From Nemertoderma westbladi (taxonomy: Eukaryota; Animalia; Xenacoelomorpha), in assembly GCA_032718475.1 (NCBI GenBank), contig JAUCBJ010006880.1, positions 1 to 64,000 on the forward strand: 64,000 bases of DNA. Direction: 5' to 3'. A program made the position numbers and the translations under genes. This document shows, piece after piece, positions 60,378 to 64,000 of this stretch. The notes beneath the pieces were generated by a model that saw only the letters and a program-made list of their open reading frames with translations, was not told where the DNA came from and searched no databases. How positions within the stretch are numbered: position 1 is the first letter of the stretch; the number at the start of each line of letters is the position of its first letter.

Positions 60378-62702
60378 GTAGTGTATAGTCATTGGCTGCT
60401 CTGTGATTCCTTGGCTTTACCTTGTGAGATGATTTCCCCAAGAACAGAAAGGTAGGCCTACTATAGTTCTGCGCTTCGGCTTAACGGTATAATATTATAC
60501 TGCTTATACTGTACATTAGTACGGATACTGAAACATTATGTACGGTTCACGTCAATGGAAATTATAGACACACAGGCCTCGTTCGTATAATGTGTTCGTA
60601 TAGACACACACAGTCACAGGCCTCGTATAATGGGTTCGTATAATCTATAATGGGATACACTCTACAACTATTGCTGACGACATATAACCATTTTTTAATT
60701 AATGATGGCGATGGTTCTCTAAATAAACTTTATTACTTGCGAAACATTAATGTTATTGTTAACAATGGCTTGATGATTGTCAAGTTTTGGCACGTGACCT
60801 TCTGTATAAGTTCTGAACCTGTTGTTTACTTACTGTGTTCTGTATTGAACGCATACATTAAATATTTTGCTATATTTATTTAATTACTCCCAACCATGTT
60901 AGTTAATTTTTAGTGACTTTTCAAGCAATTCGTTCAATTATTCTTAGGTTTTAGCGATTTTATTATCAAAAATAGTATGTTTCAATGGCAATAATATGTT
61001 TAGTATGTTTTTGACTTAGTCACTGAATCAAATAATTATTTGAATATACCCACATAATATAGTTCAGTACCTAATTGCCGTAATTACCCTAATTACAGTA
61101 CCGTAATTATTTCGCTTTATTAACTTGAAAACAATTAACACGTCGAGATTATCCGTAGGCCATTTTTATTTATAATTATTTATTTAGTATCATAAAATAA
61201 TAATATATTCCATTTATATATAGTTTAGTTTATAACAACTACCGGTAAAATAATAATTCTGGAAAATTATTTTCAATGATACTAAATATATGAATCGATT
61301 AAAATGTGAACAAAAAGGACGTAGAAAAATCTCGGCAAATGAATATCTCGTCTCAGTGTTAAATTATCAGTTAAAGTAAAGAAGCAGGTTCGAGTGGCAC
61401 GTTATTCTAACCAAAACAATAAACTAAAGTCAATAGAACATGGTACAGTTTCTGGGAGTAATCCGCTGTTATTTCGCCACTATTTTCCCCTGGAGAGGTA
61501 TTCCTTGAGAGAATTGCTTCAAAAACTATCTAAATAAAATCACAAGCAGAAACACTCCTTCACGTACGATGTTGATTTGATATTATTTTACACTCATTCT
61601 CGCATCCACACATCGGCCACACCTTGGCCGCCTCTGCAACACACCTAGAAGATTGGCGCAATTTAACCCCAATATAACCAGCCCCTTTAATGTGGCTTCG
61701 AAGGCCCTATTAACTCGAACTGTTTTTGCCAGTTATATATGCAAAGTCTACTATAAATGGCCTACTAACTGTGTGTCAATATACTCTTTGACCTTTACAC
61801 TGTCGTGTGTTTACCGGTACAATCAATATCTTCACTTCATGTTAAGTTTCAGTAGTTATGTTGTTGTTGTATTATCGTATTATGTATTATATATATAATA
61901 ACCTGTGCAATTAAAATAGTAACTCTATTTTACATATCGTGTGTTTGAATGGGATGTGGGAATGGGTGGAGATTATGGCAAGTTATTTGCAAAGTATTTA
62001 ACAATAATTATTACTGTAGGAACTACAGTATGAGTACAAAGGGGGGGCAGGGCAATTCGGACCCATACCAAAAATATGATATATTTTGTAAATGTTTTGA
62101 AAATGTGAACATGTTAGACACTAGAACGTTTTATAAATAGTTGAAAAATAATAGTTTTTGCTATTTTTTTTAATTATTCCGATTATTAAAGTATTAGTTC
62201 TCGAAGCAGGGCCTTATCGCCCCTGGAACTTTATCGCCCCTATAAATTGCATTTATGTTGGGAACTTATTGCCCATCTGTTCTGAGTTTTTAGGAACGAA
62301 TCGCCCCTGGGTCTTTATCGGACCCGAATCTGGTCCTTTATCGATTATCGATTCCTTCCTTTATCGATTCGATAATCTCTAATTATGGTAGGCCTATAGG
62401 TCCGAATTGTCTGGGACCCAATTGTCATCCGAATAAAGTTATATTTATTGACAGTAGCCATCATCAGGGATAATTAAACACAAAAGTACAAAAGTAATAT
62501 TTATCTCAAAAAATATTTAAGCCAATATTGTTAATATAAATTTATTTATCATACATAACTAATATTTTTTTAATAGTACTTATAATATATCTTTATAATA
62601 ATTTCGTTTAATCTTCAATCAGCTTTTTTTATATTTTGTCTTTACTTTAGGTTTTATTCAGTAGAATATATACGGATTATATTAACTCTAATAACATTAA
62701 AA

Positions 62703-63491
62703 ATGGATAAAGATAACAAGGTTACTCCTTTTTCTGACAAAGAAAAAGACGAAATTAAATTAATTGGAGTTGAAGGTTTTCAGCCAACCAACGGTAAGGT
62801 ACCTGAAAGAAGTGTAACAACAGCTGCAGAAGAAGGCTCACAGAGTCCTCGAAAAGGAATTAAACAAAAGTCTAAGGGAAATTTTAATAAATTGATAGTT
62901 AGCCAGATGAGCGGAGTTTACGCGATGCTGATTGGCTGTATATCTTGCGTTGGTATTTTAATGTACGCAATGGATGAGAGCCTGGGCTACACAATGGCAA
63001 TTCTATTCATAATTCTCAATGGAATATCTGTAAGCGCGCTGATGTATCTGTTGTTTTTGTGTTTCATCGACCACCGAGAAAGAATCAGTCCACACGATCC
63101 CCATTCCGGGAGCTGCTATCTGAAGGTTGCATCTGTCCTCTTTGCTTTCGGGGCGCTCGCCCATTACGTTACTAAGATCGTGTATTTCGCTAACAGAACC
63201 GAAATCTGTCGTTGGAAAATCTTTGAAGCTTGGTACCTAATGTCAGCCGTTGTCGTGGTCTTGGAAACAGTACTCATCGTTTTTTACTCTAATATACGTA
63301 TCCAACGAGACTTCGCGTTCGCTAAATTTGCACTGAGTCACTCGGCTATCGTGAGTTTGATTGGTTGGTTTTCCATGGTAGCGAGCGAAGCTCAGGAGGG
63401 TGTCACACACGCGACTTTCCACGAGTTACACAGTAATAAGACGTCGAGTAGTGAACATTTTAATATAAGTAACAGCGAAATGTCTAAAATG
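62703..63491 (+). CDS. Otopetrin-family proton channel, first coding exon (gene continues beyond it)
   Basis: Several TM segments with SGVYAMLI, HSGSCYLKVASVLFAFG and FAKFALSH..W otopetrin-like motifs; acceptor TTTAG at 62650; donor G|GTAAGT at 63491/63492. Confidence 0.78.
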
Positions 63492-63548
63492 GTAAGTTGT
63501 ACTGCACAATAGTCAGTACATAATTACATATACAGACAGGCATACTGT

Positions 63549-63870
63549 ACTACAGGGCGAGCCACGACGTCCGTGGGCTTTTCTAACCAAAACAATAAAC
63601 CGTGTTGTTACCAACTGAGGGAAAGAAGCAGGTTAGAGAGGTGATATTTTCTAACCAAAACAATAAACGATGTTGTTAACCATTGAGGTGAAGGAGCCGG
63701 TTAAAGAGGTGAGCTTTTCTAACCAAAACAATAAACGATGTTGTTAACAATTGAGGTAAAGGAGCAGGTTACAGAAGTGAGATTTTTAACCAAAACAATA
63801 AACAAATTTCTATACCAATTGAGAGAAAGAGGAGGTGACAGAGATGAGCTTTTATAACCAACAAAATAAT
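63549..63870 (-). repeat. About 68-bp tandem repeats (TTCTAACCAAAACAATAAAC core) with a Helitron-like end
   Basis: Units at about 63581, 63649, 63717, 63785 and 63853; related dispersed copies at about 22582 and 61405; minus strand ends with hairpin CCACGGACGTCGTGG then CTGTAG|T. Confidence 0.6.
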
Positions 63871-64000
63871 ATATAGGCCTACTTTGAATCACAATGTCAA
63901 TAAAAATTAGTTATGAATGATTAATTTTAATGGAAGAGATTTAGTGGAAAAAATTATTAATTTTAGTGATAAAAAAATTATTAATTTTAGTGATTAAAAA

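Overview
AT-rich, repeat-dense animal (invertebrate-like) nuclear DNA with spliceosomal introns. Host genes: an intronless holocytochrome c synthase (HCCS, 19707-20498, -), a four-coding-exon TTC26/IFT56 (44303-47318, +) and the first coding exon of an otopetrin-family channel (62703-63491, +). The first 17 kb is mostly tandem arrays (42, 18, 66 and 63 bp units) plus an internally deleted piggyBac. The centre is a young 17.3-kb BEL/Pao LTR retrotransposon (25558-42892, -, ATGAA target-site duplication, nearly identical LTRs). It has three unusual traits: (i) no tRNA-type primer-binding site, but a 12-nt sequence abutting the 5' LTR that is perfectly complementary to a site inside its own LTR, suggesting Tf1-like self-priming; (ii) an oversized gag; (iii) a 4.7-kb post-pol cassette encoding a non-env protein with three CCHC-type zinc-finger motifs. 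The right part holds a Penelope-type inverted pseudo-LTR with two hammerhead ribozyme motifs, an apparently intact Sola1 DNA transposon whose transposase starts with a Tudor-like domain, and several foldback/MITE elements. All calls are from visual reading and motif recognition; no searches were run.
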